Below, piece after piece: positions 48,742 through 60,591 of a stretch of 64,000 nucleotides of DNA. The stretch is from assembly GCA_964350985.1 (NCBI GenBank), contig CAYGLK010000002.1:382-64381 (forward strand), given 5' to 3'. The notes under the pieces are model-generated. The model did not search any database. It was not told the origin of the DNA and saw nothing but the letters and a program-made list of their open reading frames with translations. How positions within the stretch are numbered: position 1 is the stretch's first letter; every line of letters starts with the position of its first letter. Made by a program: the position numbers and the translations under genes. The DNA comes from an uncultured Candidatus Saccharibacteria bacterium (GTDB lineage Bacteria > Patescibacteriota > Minisyncoccia > Phycocordibacterales > UBA918).

Positions 48742-49617
48742 TTATAAAGACTTGCCCGCAGCTATAAACGGATCTATTTCACCGCCAAGAACCTTGTTTA
48801 CATCCCTTACTTCAAGGTTATTTCGATGATCTTTAACTAGTTGATACGGATGCAGAACGTATGAACGAATCTGACTCCCCCATTCAATCTTTAAAGTCTT
48901 TTCAATACTTAAACCTTGAAGCTCTCGCAATTGCTGCGCTTCATAAAAAGCATAGACTCGTCCAGCGAGTAAACTAAGAGCTTGTTCACGATTTTTTTGT
49001 TGTGAACGCTCTGAAGAAACATTAACCATAATATTAGTTGGCTTATGAACTATTCGTACCGCTGTCTCTCGCTTGTTTACATTTTGTCCGCCAGCACCAC
49101 CTGACTTGGCAAAAGTAACTTCGATTTCATCTTCCTTAAGTTCTATTGCAGCCAAGTCGTCAATCTTGGGTGAAACTTCCACCAAGACAAATGAAGTCTG
49201 TCTTTTTCCGTTACTATTGAAAGGTGATATTCGAACTAAGCGGTGAACACCTGACTCCATTCTTAAAGTTCCGTAAGCTTCTTTGCCTTGAACTTCAATA
49301 GTGATGTTACGGTAGCCGTTATGATCATTGTTGTTACTGTCTAGAATAAAAAAAGACCAATTACGATTTTCTGTATAGCGTTGATACATTTCAACTAACA
49401 TCCGGGCAAAATCTTCTGCATCGTCTCCCCCAGCACCTGCCACAATGGTAATGACTGCATTATTTCGGTCGTACTTTCCTTTACCGTCCGAAGTATCTTT
49501 AAGTTCTTGGAGTTCTTTAATCATTGCTTGCGCCTTTTGTGGGTCACTCCAAAAATCATTCTGCAACATAGCAGCTTCAATTTCCTCTATCCGTTTAGCA
49601 ATAGCTTCAGGCGACAT
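48742..49617 (-). CDS. prfB: Peptide chain release factor 2 (compact)
   Basis: [11 protein letters not shown] (SPF), [10 protein letters not shown] (GGQ), WGSQIRSY. Confidence 0.92.
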   Translation of the reverse strand: MSPEAIAKRIEEIEAAMLQNDFWSDPQKAQAMIKELQELKDTSDGKGKYDRNNAVITIVAGAGGDDAEDFARMLVEMYQRYTENRNWSFFILDSNNNDHNGYRNITIEVQGKEAYGTLRMESGVHRLVRISPFNSNGKRQTSFVLVEVSPKIDDLAAIELKEDEIEVTFAKSGGAGGQNVNKRETAVRIVHKPTNIMVNVSSERSQQKNREQALSLLAGRVYAFYEAQQLRELQGLSIEKTLKIEWGSQIRSYVLHPYQLVKDHRNNLEVRDVNKVLGGEIDPFIAAGKSL

Positions 49618-49675
49618 TATTTAATGATTATATCAGAAAAAGCAAAAGCGCGGACCAGGGTCCGCGCTTTTCGAC

Positions 49676-49888
49676 TCACTCTTCAAATCCGATCTCTCCG
49701 ACTTCACTTTTTTCAAGTAACCTCATCATGTTAAAGAAGGAATGCAGGATTCCCCCAATAAACAAAAAGGACCAGAAGAAGTCGGTATAGGTTATTGGTT
49801 CTTTACTCAAGAACCAAATGGAAGTCGCTTGCCACACTAATGCGGCAAGCGAAGATACAAAAAGCACGACAAAGTGCCAGAGTTTCAT
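49676..49888 (-). CDS. Small 2-TM hypothetical protein
   Basis: GGGGGAG RBS, two hydrophobic segments, hairpin at 49644-49671. Confidence 0.6.
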   Translation of the reverse strand: MKLWHFVVLFVSSLAALVWQATSIWFLSKEPITYTDFFWSFLFIGGILHSFFNMMRLLEKSEVGEIGFEE

Positions 49889-49958
49889 TTCTTCTCCCCC
49901 GTTACTAACTACCTAGATCTTACTTCTTACTACAATACTGTCAACGACGTCTTAAATG

Positions 49959-50031
49959 AGCCATCAAACAGAATCGAACTGTTGACCTCGTCCTTACCAT
50001 GGACGTGCTCTACCAACTGAGCTATGATGGC
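49959..50031 (-). tRNA. tRNA-Thr(GGT)
   Basis: GCCATCA/TGATGGC stem, CGTCC-ATGGTAA-GGACG anticodon arm, GTTCGATTC. Confidence 0.95.
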
Positions 50032-50144
50032 GACTTTTAAAATTAGACAATTAAATATGATTCATATTGTCTAACGAATCTGGGCGCAGAAAATGAATTT
50101 TCTGCGCCCAGATAGAATACCAGAATTTAGTTCAAACTCAAAAA

Positions 50145-50342
50145 CTACAGTTTGTGCGCTTCCATGAATCCGCGAGTTGCTAAGTAACCTAAAACCATCA
50201 CCGCCGCTCCACTAAACCATAGTGGTACCGAATAACCTGCAACTGAAGCTTCAAAAACAAAGATGATCCGTCCTAGATGAGCAATAGCTATTACAGTGAA
50301 AGCAATAGCTGAAGCGGTTAAGTACCATTTATTATTTGTCAT
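50145..50342 (-). CDS. Small 2-TM membrane protein
   Basis: AIAHLGRI...VPLWFS pattern; extended -10 box upstream. Confidence 0.65.
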   Translation of the reverse strand: MTNNKWYLTASAIAFTVIAIAHLGRIIFVFEASVAGYSVPLWFSGAAVMVLGYLATRGFMEAHKL

Positions 50343-50388
50343 ATATATTATTATAACCTGTCTTTCTTCAAGAAAGCTGTCTTGCCCA

Positions 50389-51909
50389 CTAAAAATCTCT
50401 AGGCTTCTCTTTCTCTAAACCGTAGCGCTTCAAAGCATCTTCTCTAGCAGTTTTATGTTCCACCAAAGGTACGCTTGGTGACATGAGAATTTCATTTTTT
50501 GAACTGAGCCACTTATCGCGATAGGCAGAAGACTTATCGTAGTTTTTTGCTTGCAGCTCTGGATTAAAAATACGAATAGGCTTAGGGTCAGCCCCGACTG
50601 AAGCCCCCCACTGCCAACCACCACTATTTGAAGCTTCATCTAAATCAATCAAAGCGGCTCTAAAGTACTCTTGACCCCATCGCCAATCAACACCGAGATT
50701 CTTGGTTAAAATACTCGCCACAATCATTCTGGCGCGATTATGCATCCACCCAGTCTCTGCTATTTGTTTCATAGCAGCATCAACTACATCATATCCAGTC
50801 TCACCTTTTATCCAGGCGACAAAACGCTCCTTGGCTACTTTATTATTTTCCCATTTTATAGACTGACGAAAACGCTTTTGGAATTCAGTTTGCATTAACT
50901 CTGGGTGATGGAACAGCTGATAGCGATAAAACTCACGCCAGATTAATTCAGAAATAAAAATTAAAGCCCCTTTCTCTACCCTTGAAGAATCTGGATTATC
51001 AAAATCTTCGTCAAAGTGTTTTTTGATCATGGAAGTTAAGGTTCTAACAGAAACCAAACCCCAAGCCAAAGCGAGGCTCATTCGTGACGTACGACCCTCA
51101 TACGCTCTTCTATCAGCTTCTTTCCCTGCATCCAGCTCAAGTGAGTCGCGGTTGGTTGAATAAGCTTCTAAGTCCCCTGAATCTAAGTAATCAGCAAAGC
51201 GTTTTAAAGCAGCTTTTTCATCTATATACCAACCTTCTAAGTTAGATTTAGGTAAAAGTTGATCAAGATCAATAATCTCCTCACCTACTTTAATTAATCT
51301 TTTTTCACTAAAAACATTTTCTAATGTTTCTGTATTAGTTTTAACTTGTTTTGGTAAATTAGAAAATTCTTTTTCTCCTAAATAATGTAAGTCTTTATTA
51401 TTAAAGGTAGCCAGATGTTTCTTCTGTACAAAATCAACCCAGACTCTTTTTTTAAATGGAGTAAAGACGCTATAGAGATTTCCTTCTTGTGATCTTGTCT
51501 CTTTTGAAACAGACAAAGCGTCCTCCAAGACACTTATTTTAATACCAGCAGCTTCTATTTTTTGAACTTGTTTATAAAAGTCTTCATAGACGTCATCGTT
51601 CACAAAAACTTCAAGCTCATATTTCTGGCTTAGTTTTATAAAATAACTAGCAGCTTTATCTTGAACTAACAAAAACCGATCAAATTTTAAAGCAAAATCC
51701 GGTAAGGCTCTGGAGAGAAACCATCTTGATGGATGGCCAAACTGAAAATCAGTCCCGCCTTCTTTCATGTAATCTTCAATAATGAAGATTGGAAGAAATG
51801 GAGTCTTGGTTTGACGGCTTGCCTCGACAGCCTTCAGCAAAGCTGGATTGTCAGCCAGACGCAGGTCGCGTCTTGCCCAGTAAAGTATCAGTTTATCTTT
51901 TTGCATCAA
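50389..51909 (-). CDS. Deoxyribodipyrimidine photolyase (class I-like)
   Basis: WARRDLRLADNPAL, TSRMS, ELIWREF, TGWMHNRARM, WRWG, D.D.ASN.GGWQW, RIFNP. Confidence 0.92.
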   Translation of the reverse strand: MMQKDKLILYWARRDLRLADNPALLKAVEASRQTKTPFLPIFIIEDYMKEGGTDFQFGHPSRWFLSRALPDFALKFDRFLLVQDKAASYFIKLSQKYELEVFVNDDVYEDFYKQVQKIEAAGIKISVLEDALSVSKETRSQEGNLYSVFTPFKKRVWVDFVQKKHLATFNNKDLHYLGEKEFSNLPKQVKTNTETLENVFSEKRLIKVGEEIIDLDQLLPKSNLEGWYIDEKAALKRFADYLDSGDLEAYSTNRDSLELDAGKEADRRAYEGRTSRMSLALAWGLVSVRTLTSMIKKHFDEDFDNPDSSRVEKGALIFISELIWREFYRYQLFHHPELMQTEFQKRFRQSIKWENNKVAKERFVAWIKGETGYDVVDAAMKQIAETGWMHNRARMIVASILTKNLGVDWRWGQEYFRAALIDLDEASNSGGWQWGASVGADPKPIRIFNPELQAKNYDKSSAYRDKWLSSKNEILMSPSVPLVEHKTAREDALKRYGLEKEKPRDF

Positions 51910-51950
51910 ACTATGGGTAGTGAAATACTACCCCAAAGATTACCCTTCTC

Positions 51951-52724
51951 TTAATTAGACTCTTCGATTCTTTTTACATCAACTCCAGCTTCAGTCAGTG
52001 ATCCTTTCACAGTAACCCTCATGGTTTCAAAAAGTACTTCATCTGTACAAACCTTTTCTTCACCATCCTTTAGAATACAGTTACTCTCCCCACTTAAGAA
52101 TAGTGGTGCAGTATGTCCCATAACTCCGTTTTGTTCAAAAACTAAGTGCCAATATTGAGAATCAAGAGGTGCTGGTAAACTATCTTTCATTAAGAATCCT
52201 TCTCGGTCAAAACTAAACTCACCGACATCTGGGGCTTGTTCGCCAGATCCACAAGAAATATCTTTAATTAACCAAAAACCTTCTGCTCTCTTATCTAGAT
52301 CAACAACTACTTGTGTTGCAAGGGTGTTTTCTTTTGGAGTAATAAGAAGTTGTGCAGCTTTCTCATTTTCAAATATAACCTTTACTCTAAGTTTTTCAGG
52401 TACTTCATACTGACAAAGAATTGGATCTTTCTCATTTGTTCTAAAGTCATTTTCAGCATCAGCTATCTTTTGATTTAAATCTTTACTAAAGGCTGCTGTT
52501 GGTACTAACTTTGCAGCATAAGGGTCAGTTGTTGTTGATCGCCTCGCCTCCATCCACACTTCATAAAAGTCCAAAACAATACCTCGGGAATCCCCTTCCA
52601 CTCCCGGACTATCATCTATAGTAATTCCACTGTCAGTTTTTTTATCAGATAAAGATGCCCAAGCTACAACCAAAGCAATTGCTAAAAGCAGCAAGGCCGG
52701 TATTAAAATTTTACGAATATTCAT
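51951..52724 (-). CDS. Membrane-anchored hypothetical protein
   Basis: N-terminal TM, DPILCQ...W.I..I.C pattern. Confidence 0.7.
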   Translation of the reverse strand: MNIRKILIPALLLLAIALVVAWASLSDKKTDSGITIDDSPGVEGDSRGIVLDFYEVWMEARRSTTTDPYAAKLVPTAAFSKDLNQKIADAENDFRTNEKDPILCQYEVPEKLRVKVIFENEKAAQLLITPKENTLATQVVVDLDKRAEGFWLIKDISCGSGEQAPDVGEFSFDREGFLMKDSLPAPLDSQYWHLVFEQNGVMGHTAPLFLSGESNCILKDGEEKVCTDEVLFETMRVTVKGSLTEAGVDVKRIEESN

Positions 52725-52976
52725 CGGTAAATAATATCATGAGAAAGTAATTTTAGGTATAGAAAAAGCCCAGAAGGGCTTTGTTTTCTTCTGGTCACGA
52801 GTTACTAACTATAATTGTTCGTCTCCGACTCCAATTATAGTAAGGACTCTCGACCCCGACTCATCTGTTGCAAGCAACATGATTCCGTCTCGCAGTTTGA
52901 TACAGAAGCAAAGCAGTTTGCTTCTTAAAACAAAAAACAACAGTCAAAGACTGTTGTTTTTTGTTTTATCTAACTG

Positions 52977-53050
52977 CGCGAGCGATGGGATTCGAACCCA
53001 CGGCCTCTTCCGTGACAGGGAAGCGCTCTAACCAGCTGAGCTACGCCCGC
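52977..53050 (-). tRNA. tRNA-Asp(GTC)
   Basis: GCGGGCG/CGCTCGC stem, CTTCC-CTGTCAC-GGAAG, GTTCGAATC. Confidence 0.95.
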
Positions 53051-53143
53051 AATATTCCTCCCTACTTACAACTTAAGTAGTGGGAAGAGTATATACATTT
53101 TCAACAAAAAGGGCAACATCTAGATTAGTGGAGTTGTTTTATA

Positions 53144-53448
53144 TTGTGTCGACGGGAGGGAATGATCCTTACAGGATCAGTACACCTTTTGGCTATTTCT
53201 TTTCATATTTCAAGAAATAACACAAAAGCTCATCGTTCCCTCACGAACAGTTCATTGAACTGTTCTCCGTCTCCATTAAAAATACTTCGTAATTTGTGTC
53301 GACGGGAGGGAACGATCCTTACAGGATCAGTACACCTTTTGGCTATTTCTTTTCATACTTCAAGAAATAGCACAAAAGCTCATCGTTCCCTCACGAACAG
53401 TTTCCCAAACTGTTCTCCTTCGACACAGAAATAGCCTAAAGTCTTTTA
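53144..53448. repeat. Two tandem ~150 bp structured repeats, each carrying a copy of the 3' end of the adjacent tRNA(CAT)
   Basis: TTGTGTCGACGGGAGGGAA(T/C)GATCCT at 53144, 53294 and 53449 (the tRNA itself); near-identical bodies. Confidence 0.9.
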
Positions 53449-53451
53449 TTG

Positions 53452-53525
53452 TGTCGACGGGAGGGAACGATCCTCCGACCTTAGCTTTATGAGTGCTACG
53501 CTCTAACCAACTGAGCTACGCCGAC
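53452..53525 (-). tRNA. tRNA with CAT anticodon (elongator Met or Ile2)
   Basis: GTCGGCG/CGTCGAC stem, CTCATAA loop, atypical T-loop ATCGTTC. Confidence 0.88.
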
Positions 53526-53565
53526 AGTGCGCAAAAGATACTACATTTTGACCGGTTAATCAATC

Positions 53566-54252
53566 TTACTTTCCTCTTTTAGCCAGAATCTTTTCAGCTT
53601 TTTCAATATCTTCTGGGTAACCGATCGGAATCCATAGGTCCTGCTCAATTATCTGTACTCGATTATTCTTCGCAAACTCTGTGACCATATCAGTGACATA
53701 TATCTCTCCTGAAGCAGAAATTGGCATTTCATATGAAAAAATAGAATCATTCAGTACATATCCGCCTATATTTATATGATTTGAAGGTGGATTTGCTGGT
53801 TTTTCAATAATCTCTTTTAAGGTTCCATCAGAATTAGAAACTAAGACTCCAAACCTTTCAGGTGTTTTTGAATGATAGCCAAAAATCATAGAGTCGAAAG
53901 AAACAGCCTGTTTAAGCATAGCCTCTCCATAAATATCATCGCCGTTTAGGAGGAGGAATTTTCCGCGTAAAATATTTTTTGTACACATTAGAGCATCTCC
54001 TGTTCCCCCTGCCGGATTTTGCTGTTCACAATAGGTTACTTTTTTTCCAAAATAATTAGAACCACATGTCTCAATAATTCTTTCCTTAAGATAAGAGACG
54101 ACTAAGATTATTTCATCAATTTCTGATGGTAATGCTCTAACTATATGCTCTAGGACAGGCGCCTCGCAAACTTCAATTAGAGGCTTAGGGACAGTTTCCG
54201 TAATTGGTCGCAGACGAGTACCTTTGCCTGCACATAAAATTACGCACTGCAT
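53566..54252 (-). CDS. Sugar-phosphate nucleotidyltransferase family protein
   Basis: ILCAGKGTRLRPIT..PKPL, IIEKP. Confidence 0.9.
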   Translation of the reverse strand: MQCVILCAGKGTRLRPITETVPKPLIEVCEAPVLEHIVRALPSEIDEIILVVSYLKERIIETCGSNYFGKKVTYCEQQNPAGGTGDALMCTKNILRGKFLLLNGDDIYGEAMLKQAVSFDSMIFGYHSKTPERFGVLVSNSDGTLKEIIEKPANPPSNHINIGGYVLNDSIFSYEMPISASGEIYVTDMVTEFAKNNRVQIIEQDLWIPIGYPEDIEKAEKILAKRGK

Positions 54253-54258
54253 ATATAA

Positions 54259-54936
54259 TTAATCTCTTAAGAGTCTTGCTTCAGCCTTAACAATATCTTC
54301 GGGATAACCTATAGCCAACCATAGATTTTGTTCAACTACAGCAATGGGATATTTTTCTTTATATCTCATGATTATTTCTGGCATGAAATATTCATTATTA
54401 ATCGGAGACTCTGGAGGAAAGTCAAAAATGTTTCTATCAAGCACCATTGGGCCAGTAGCAACAAGGTTTGATGATGGTGAAGCTGGTTTCTCTGCCATGT
54501 CGGCAATTGTTCCGTCAGGATTTCTCACGATCACTCCAAATCTTTCTGGAAAATCACTAGTTGTCGCTAAAATTGATCTGGTATAAGAAACTGAACGAGC
54601 TAAGTCTTCCTTACCATGAATATCATCAGCAAACATGTATAGAAAGCGTCCTTTAATCAAATCTTTAGCTAGCCACAAAGCTTTTGCTGGTCCATTGATT
54701 TCTTTCTGTTCTATATAGGTTACTGGCCGACCATAAAATTCGTTTCCGCAATACTCGCGGATCATATCACCCCGATAGCCGACTACTATTAACAACTCCT
54801 TAACCGCACTAGGAAGCGCTCCTACTATATGATCGAGTAGCGTCTTCCCTGCCACTTTTACTAAAGGTTTAGGAATCGTCTCAGTTAGAGGTCTCAGTCT
54901 TGACCCCTTTCCGGCAGCTAAAATGACACATTGCAT
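54259..54936 (-). CDS. Sugar-phosphate nucleotidyltransferase family protein (paralog)
   Basis: ILAAGKGSRLRPLT..PKPL, MAEKP. Confidence 0.9.
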   Translation of the reverse strand: MQCVILAAGKGSRLRPLTETIPKPLVKVAGKTLLDHIVGALPSAVKELLIVVGYRGDMIREYCGNEFYGRPVTYIEQKEINGPAKALWLAKDLIKGRFLYMFADDIHGKEDLARSVSYTRSILATTSDFPERFGVIVRNPDGTIADMAEKPASPSSNLVATGPMVLDRNIFDFPPESPINNEYFMPEIIMRYKEKYPIAVVEQNLWLAIGYPEDIVKAEARLLRD

Positions 54937-55004
54937 AATATTAAAATATACTAGATTTACTTGATAAGCTCAACTTATAAGCAGAACCAGGTTAAATAAA
55001 TAAT

Positions 55005-55139
55005 CTATTTACCAGTTTTTCGTTGTGTATTTCGAGGGTGTCCTTCCATCCGTGAGGCCACCCGACGCGGTTGCTGTATCTTATTAGTGTGATGGTTTAC
55101 GTTTAGTGCCCGTCCTGAATGGTTTTTACTCATAGACAT
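55005..55139 (-). CDS. Putative 44 aa basic small protein (not in ORF track)
   Basis: Manual translation MSMSKNHSGRALNVNHHTNKIQQPRRVASRMEGHPRNTQRKTGK; GGAG 8 nt before ATG. Confidence 0.45.
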   Translation of the reverse strand: MSMSKNHSGRALNVNHHTNKIQQPRRVASRMEGHPRNTQRKTGK

Positions 55140-55289
55140 TAATTGTACTCCATGAGCTTAGTGAAACATACAGAGAAGGTTGTAAAAACATTATCATTTA
55201 CCAATTAAGAAAGGTTGTAAATATTATGATGAGAATTTTAACCCTGTGGACAGCAGCTTTTAAAAGTGTATACTTTTACTTGCTTCCCT

Positions 55290-55360
55290 AGCGGGGTAGA
55301 GGAGTGGTACCTCGGGAGGCTCATAACCTCCAGACCCCGGTTCGAATCCGGGCCCCGCAA
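55290..55360 (+). tRNA. tRNA-Met(CAT), probably initiator
   Basis: A1:A72 mismatch then GCGGGG/CCCCGC, GGAGG-CTCATAA-CCTCC, GTTCGAATC. Confidence 0.9.
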
Positions 55361-55408
55361 CAAATAAAGAAAAACTGCCTTCAATTGAAGGCAGTTTTTC
55401 TTTATTTG
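55361..55408. terminator. Bidirectional hairpin terminator
   Basis: CAAATAAAGAAAAACTGCCTTCAATTGAAGGCAGTTTTTCTTTATTTG perfect palindrome. Confidence 0.75.
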
Positions 55409-55413
55409 ACCTC

Positions 55414-56037
55414 TTAGTGCAATCCTAACTCAAAGAAAACACGACGATATTGCTTGATAGTGTCCTGAGCAAGTTTCTGGGTTAAGACAAAATCAGCTCC
55501 ACCATGGGCAATTTGGTTACGTATCTTGTGCGCCTGCCAAGCATCATCAAGTGACTCTAGTTGAGCTGGGGAGATACTACGCAACCGTTCCCCGAGAGAA
55601 GTCCCGCCGTATCCTGATTCTTTGAGTAATTCATCCAATATAATATCCGCTTCAATAATAGCCAGCTTCCAATCACTTGGGTTATCAGAACCAATATGAT
55701 CAAGCATGTCTTGGACCCGATTGTTTTTTGGTACACCAGTAAAATGTTCTTCGTATAACTGTTCCCTTCTTGTTCTAGCTTCCTCATCAAGTTGTTCCCG
55801 CATTTTCTTCCCCATTGATGCATGGATATACAAATATAGAAGAAAGATACAAAAAATATAAGCGCAGATAGCGTAGACAAACCAAACTGTATTTAAAAAC
55901 TCTAAAACAGCATCAACACTAAAGTAACCATTACCAGACAGGCGATCCAAAAGTGGAGTTAATATATCAAAACCGCCAGGCGAAAGTCTGGTTGTAGTAG
56001 CCTCTACTGCTGGTGAAGTAAGAGTAATTGGATCCAT
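55414..56037 (-). CDS. Membrane-anchored hypothetical protein
   Basis: TM plus WKLAIIEADIILD...GERL...AW.AHKIRNQIAH. Confidence 0.8.
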   Translation of the reverse strand: MDPITLTSPAVEATTTRLSPGGFDILTPLLDRLSGNGYFSVDAVLEFLNTVWFVYAICAYIFCIFLLYLYIHASMGKKMREQLDEEARTRREQLYEEHFTGVPKNNRVQDMLDHIGSDNPSDWKLAIIEADIILDELLKESGYGGTSLGERLRSISPAQLESLDDAWQAHKIRNQIAHGGADFVLTQKLAQDTIKQYRRVFFELGLH

Positions 56038-56047
56038 TATTGAAAAC

Positions 56048-57463
56048 TTAGAGACGTTCGTCGTAGACCTTTTCCGCTATTTCAAACAGACGAGCGTCAC
56101 CACCATGTGGTGCTATATATTGTACCCCAACCGGAAGCTTGATACCTTCCCTTTCAACTGTACCCATCGGGAAAGATATTGCTGGAACACCGGTTAGATT
56201 TACTGGTACTGTAAAAATATCTTGTCGATACATCGCCAAAACATCTTCTTGCTCTCCGATTTTGAAAGCTGGTGTTGGAGCGGTTGGTGTCAAAATAAAA
56301 TCAACTTGTTTAAAGTTTTTAGCTAGTTCAGCTCGCATTAAATCCCGGACTTGTTCTGCTTTACCATAGTAAGCATCATAGTAACCAGCAGACAAAACAT
56401 ACGTACCCAAAAGAATTCGTCGCTTCACTTCTGGACCAAAACCAAGAGCTCTGGTCTTCTGATAGACATCAAGTAAGTTATCACCCTCAGCTGAAAGCCC
56501 ATAACGAATACCGTCAAAACGAGCTAAGTTTGAAGAAACTTCAGCCGGCATCACAATATAGTAAGCCGCCAAACCTTTTTCAAAAATAGGTAAATCAATA
56601 TCAACAACGTTGTGCCCCATCTCTTTTAGTGAAGCAACGTGATCGTTGAAAGTAGTCAAAACATCAGGATCAATTCCGTCTGTTAGAAACTTACTTGGGA
56701 TACCAAAAGTGTAAGTCTTTTTTGCGGGCATTTCTGGATAGGTATCTTTAGAAATAGTAGTTGCATCATTTGGATCAATGCCAGAAATTACTTCATGAAG
56801 TAATTTTGTATCAGCAACCGTATTAGTCAGCGGTCCAGCTTGATCAAGTGAAGAACCCATAGCAATCAAACCAAAACGTGAGACAGCTCCATAGGTCGGT
56901 TTAAACCCGACAAGTCCACAAAAACTAGCTGGTTGACGCACTGAACCGCCAGTGTCCGTACCTAATGCAGCCGGTACCGCACCCATTGCCACAGCAGCAG
57001 CTGACCCTCCTGAAGAACCACCTGGAACTCGCTTCAGGTCATGAGGATTTTTAGTGACACCAAAAGCTGAATTCTCAGTCGAGCCACCCATAGCAAACTC
57101 ATCCATGTTAGTAGTACCAATAAAGATAGCACCTGCCGCTCGCAATCTTTCGATCACAGTAGCGTCATAAACCGCTGTATAATTTTCTAAAATTTTTGAA
57201 GAGGCGGTAGCTTTCTTCCCCTTAATCAAAATATTATCCTTGATCGCCAAAGGTATTCCAAGCAAACTAGGTGTTTTTTCTCTATCTTTCTTGTAAAGAG
57301 CTGTGGCTGCTTCTGCTTCAGCTCTCGCTTCTTTAAACACAGCTGAAAAAGCTTTTATATCTTCATTATCTTTTTCGATAACTTTAATAGCATCATCAAA
57401 AACCTGTACTGGTGTTAGCTCTCCAGAAATAAACTTTTTTCGCAGCTCAGTAATAGTAAGCAT
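56048..57463 (-). CDS. gatA: Glu/Asp-tRNA amidotransferase subunit A
   Basis: KDNI, GGSSGGSAAAV, GTDTGGSVRQPA amidase signature; SNLARFDG. Confidence 0.97.
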   Translation of the reverse strand: MLTITELRKKFISGELTPVQVFDDAIKVIEKDNEDIKAFSAVFKEARAEAEAATALYKKDREKTPSLLGIPLAIKDNILIKGKKATASSKILENYTAVYDATVIERLRAAGAIFIGTTNMDEFAMGGSTENSAFGVTKNPHDLKRVPGGSSGGSAAAVAMGAVPAALGTDTGGSVRQPASFCGLVGFKPTYGAVSRFGLIAMGSSLDQAGPLTNTVADTKLLHEVISGIDPNDATTISKDTYPEMPAKKTYTFGIPSKFLTDGIDPDVLTTFNDHVASLKEMGHNVVDIDLPIFEKGLAAYYIVMPAEVSSNLARFDGIRYGLSAEGDNLLDVYQKTRALGFGPEVKRRILLGTYVLSAGYYDAYYGKAEQVRDLMRAELAKNFKQVDFILTPTAPTPAFKIGEQEDVLAMYRQDIFTVPVNLTGVPAISFPMGTVEREGIKLPVGVQYIAPHGGDARLFEIAEKVYDERL

Positions 57464-57467
57464 AAAA

Positions 57468-57764
57468 TTATCCTTCAGTATTTAAAATCTTTTTCACCAC
57501 CATAAACCGGCCATCTGTCTCAGGCATTTCAGCTAAGATAGCATCTGTGAATTGATCGGGTTCATTAGTAACTTCGTCTTTCCGAAACACATTATGAACC
57601 GCTCCAACTTTCTTCTCTGATGATGCTTCGTCACCAACAATATCTTTAATTTGACCAACATAGTCTAAGACTGATGATATTTCATCAGTAAAAGTAGCAA
57701 TTTCTTCCTCAGTCAACTCAATACGAGCAAGCTTAGCTAAGTGTGTGACCTCTTCTTTATTCAT
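57468..57764 (-). CDS. gatC: Glu/Asp-tRNA amidotransferase subunit C
   Basis: EEVTHLAKLARIEL, NVFRKDEV; directly upstream of gatA. Confidence 0.93.
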   Translation of the reverse strand: MNKEEVTHLAKLARIELTEEEIATFTDEISSVLDYVGQIKDIVGDEASSEKKVGAVHNVFRKDEVTNEPDQFTDAILAEMPETDGRFMVVKKILNTEG

Positions 57765-57793
57765 AGAATTGCATCATAACATCTCACCTAAAA

Positions 57794-60568
<2,775 letters not shown>

Positions 60569-60591
<23 letters not shown>

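Noticed and set aside
53144-53434. 96 aa ORF with internal duplication
   Set aside because: A by-product of the 150 bp repeat unit (a multiple of 3), antisense to tRNA ends, with a TTG start and no RBS.
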